This document shows, piece after piece, positions 55,431 to 57,406 of a stretch of 57,406 nucleotides of DNA; within the stretch, counting starts at the first letter, position 1, and each line of letters starts with the position of its first letter. The DNA comes from an uncultured Acidobacterium sp. (GTDB lineage: Bacteria; Acidobacteriota; Vicinamibacteria; Vicinamibacterales; UBA2999): assembly GCA_964355095.1 (NCBI GenBank), contig CAYHCX010000009.1:1-57406 (forward strand), written 5' to 3'. Made by a program: the position numbers and the translations under genes. Below the pieces are notes generated by a model, which searched no databases, was not told where the DNA came from, and worked only from the letters and a program-made list of their open reading frames with translations.

Positions 55431-57406
55431 ATGAAGCACGCCGTCTCTGTGGGTCTTGTTGTCGTCGCCCTCGCGGTGAGTTCGCCCGGCGCCCAAACGT
55501 CTCAAGCGCCGGCTGCGAGCGATTGGCGGTCGTACGCGGGCGATTTGCGCAATCAGCACTACTCGCCGCTGGCTGAGGTGACCGCCGGCAATTTCCAGTC
55601 GCTCGAAGTGGCCTGGCGATTCAAGACCGATAACCTCGGCACCCGTCCCGAGTTCAAGTTGGAAGGCACGCCGCTGATGGTCAATGGCGTGCTCTACACC
55701 ACCGCGGGAAGCAGACGCTCCGTCATCGCCCTCGACGCGGCGACCGGAGAGCTGCTGTGGGTGCATGCGGAACGCGAAGGCGCGCGCGCCGCCGCGTCGC
55801 CTCGCCAATTGTCGGGACGCGGCGTGGCGTACTGGACCGACGGGCGCGACGAGCGCATCCTGTATGTCACCACCGGTTACCGTCTGGTCGCCCTGAACGC
55901 AAAGACCGGCGCGCGCATCCCCTCGTTCGGCAGGGACGGCATCGTTGACCTGAAAGACGATGTCGTGTTCGGCAAGGGCCAGCAGATCGATCGCGAGGCG
56001 GGTGAAATCGGCCTGCACGCAACGCCGGCGGTCACCAAGGACGGGGTCGTCATGATCGGCGCGGCCATGCTCGAGGGCGGCACGCCGAAGACGCACAACA
56101 ACACCAAGGGCTTGGTCCGCGGCTTCGACGTGCGATCGGGCCGCCGCCTGTGGACCTTTCACACCATCCCCCGCCCGGGCGAATTCGGCAACGACACGTG
56201 GGAGAACGAGTCGTGGGCGAACAACGGCAATGTCGGCGTGTGGAATCAGATCGGTGTCGACGAAGAGCTGGGTCTGGCATACCTGCCGGTGGAAACCCCG
56301 AGTTCGGATTTCTACGGCGGGCTCAGGCCGGGGAACAACCTGTTCGCCGAAAGCCTGGTGGCCATCGACTACAGGACCGGCCGCCGCAAGTGGCATTTCC
56401 AGCTGGTGCACCACCCAATCTGGAACATGGACATCGCCACGGCGCCGATGCTGGTCGACCTCACGGTGGCGGGCCGTCCCGTCAAGGCGGTCGCCGTCAT
56501 GGGCAAGCAGGCGTTCCTGTATCTCTTCAACCGCGTCACCGGCGAACCGATCTTCCCAATCGAGGAGCGGCCCGTCCCGCAATCCGACGTGCCTGGCGAG
56601 AAGACGTCGCCGACGCAGCCGTTCCCGACCAAGCCGCCGGCCTACGACCATCAGGGCGTCACCGTCGAGAACCTGATCGACTTCACCCCTGCCCTTCGCG
56701 CCGAGGCCTTGAAGATCGCGGCGCGCTACAAGCTGGGTCCGCTTTTCACGCCGCCACCGGTCAGCAAACGCGAAGGCCCGATCGGGGGGTTCCGGTCATC
56801 TGGCGGCACGAACTGGCCGGGCGGATCCTTCGATCCGGAAACGCACATCGCCTACGTGCCCTCGTTTACGGCGATGCCGGTCCTCGGCCTGCTGCCGCCA
56901 CCGAGCAAGGAGTTCTCCGATATCCCGTATGTGTCCGGCAACGCGCTCACGGGTGTGCGCTACATTGCCGGTCCAGGCGAAAACGTCGGCGCCGACGCGC
57001 CGCCGCTGCCCACGACGCTTGGCGGGAAGCCGGTCTCGTCAACGGGAGATGCGGCGACCAACTCCGATGCGACTCCGCAAGGACTGCCGTTGTTGAAGCC
57101 GCCCTACGGACGCTTGACCGCGATCAACCTCGATCGTGGTGAGATCATCTGGCAGGTGCCGCACGGCGAAACACCGGACGCCGTGCGCAACCATCCCGCG
57201 CTCAAGGGGCTGACCATCCCGCGCACCGGGCAGTCGGGCGCGGTCGGCGCCCTCGTTACCAAGACCCTCGTGATCATGGGCGACCCCCTGGTGACGACCA
57301 GTTCCAGCCGCCCGCGTGGAGCCATGCTGCGGGCCTACGACAAGGCGGACGGCCGGGAGGTGGGCGCGATCTACATGCCGGCGCAACAGTCCGGCACGCC
57401 CATGAC
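55431..57406 (+). CDS. PQQ-dependent dehydrogenase (8-bladed propeller), 3' end outside window
   Basis: Absent from the ORF track because no stop lies within the window. I translated it by hand: MKHAVSVGLVVVALAV..DWRSYAGDLRNQHYSPL..GTPLMVNGVLYTT..ALDAATGELLW. The frame is still open at 57406. Confidence 0.85.
   Translation, partial: MKHAVSVGLVVVALAVSSPGAQTSQAPAASDWRSYAGDLRNQHYSPLAEVTAGNFQSLEVAWRFKTDNLGTRPEFKLEGTPLMVNGVLYTTAGSRRSVIALDAATGELLWVHAEREGARAAASPRQLSGRGVAYWTDGRDERILYVTTGYRLVALNAKTGARIPSFGRDGIVDLKDDVVFGKGQQIDREAGEIGLHATPAVTKDGVVMIGAAMLEGGTPKTHNNTKGLVRGFDVRSGRRLWTFHTIPRPGEFGNDTWENESWANNGNVGVWNQIGVDEELGLAYLPVETPSSDFYGGLRPGNNLFAESLVAIDYRTGRRKWHFQLVHHPIWNMDIATAPMLVDLTVAGRPVKAVAVMGKQAFLYLFNRVTGEPIFPIEERPVPQSDVPGEKTSPTQPFPTKPPAYDHQGVTVENLIDFTPALRAEALKIAARYKLGPLFTPPPVSKREGPIGGFRSSGGTNWPGGSFDPETHIAYVPSFTAMPVLGLLPPPSKEFSDIPYVSGNALTGVRYIAGPGENVGADAPPLPTTLGGKPVSSTGDAATNSDATPQGLPLLKPPYGRLTAINLDRGEIIWQVPHGETPDAVRNHPALKGLTIPRTGQSGAVGALVTKTLVIMGDPLVTTSSSRPRGAMLRAYDKADGREVGAIYMPAQQSGTPM

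Overview
High-G+C chromosomal segment. Several gene families point to an Acidobacteriota-like genome (inference only): an ADOP-type duplicated MacB/FtsX permease, TIGR03436-like VWA proteins, and a CarboxypepD_reg-type plug-less TonB-like OMP.

Housekeeping genes: pyrB'-pyrC, pyrE, truA, uppS-cdsA-dxr-rseP, cobA, atpZ-atpI-atpE.

Accessory modules:
1. A lower-G+C Type II R-M island (beta-class SPPY methyltransferase plus an HTH/PD-(D/E)XK nuclease).
2. An ECF sigma with an RsrA-like soluble ZAS anti-sigma, divergent from a TolC-MFP-RND efflux operon.
3. A VapBC module bracketed by two direct copies of a MITE-like element. A third copy, with perfect 27-bp TIRs, lies between cdsA and dxr.
4. A complete quinohemoprotein amine dehydrogenase operon (qhpG-A-D-C-B-F-E). 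It looks like a RiPP cluster, but it matches the known QHNDH gamma-subunit crosslink spacing exactly.
5. A RAYT (IS200-like HUH/Y1) gene framed by perfect 35-bp inverted repeats that supply the stop codons of both neighbouring genes.
6. Glycosyltransferases, OM channels, a sulfatase-TPR protein, a serine-hydrolase/NamZ fusion, and a 3'-truncated PQQ dehydrogenase.

The most unusual sequence-level signal is a set of short-period intergenic repeat families. Strictly phased heptamer arrays of GGAAGTT/AACTTCC type and GGCTTGG/CCAAGCC type occur at 7 or more loci. GATTTGGTGA-type long hairpins occur at two.

Smaller observations:
- Candidate unannotated small genes: a 26-aa TM peptide coupled to a DUF2892 gene, and a plus-strand unit ending in an orphan intrinsic terminator between two minus-strand genes.
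- Apparent intergenic fossils inside a fusion-protein linker.
- Candidate leaderless promoters.

I recognised no rRNA, tRNA or CRISPR array. Many long antisense ORFs in the track are high-GC shadow ORFs. All family assignments rest on motif recognition by eye; no searches were run.
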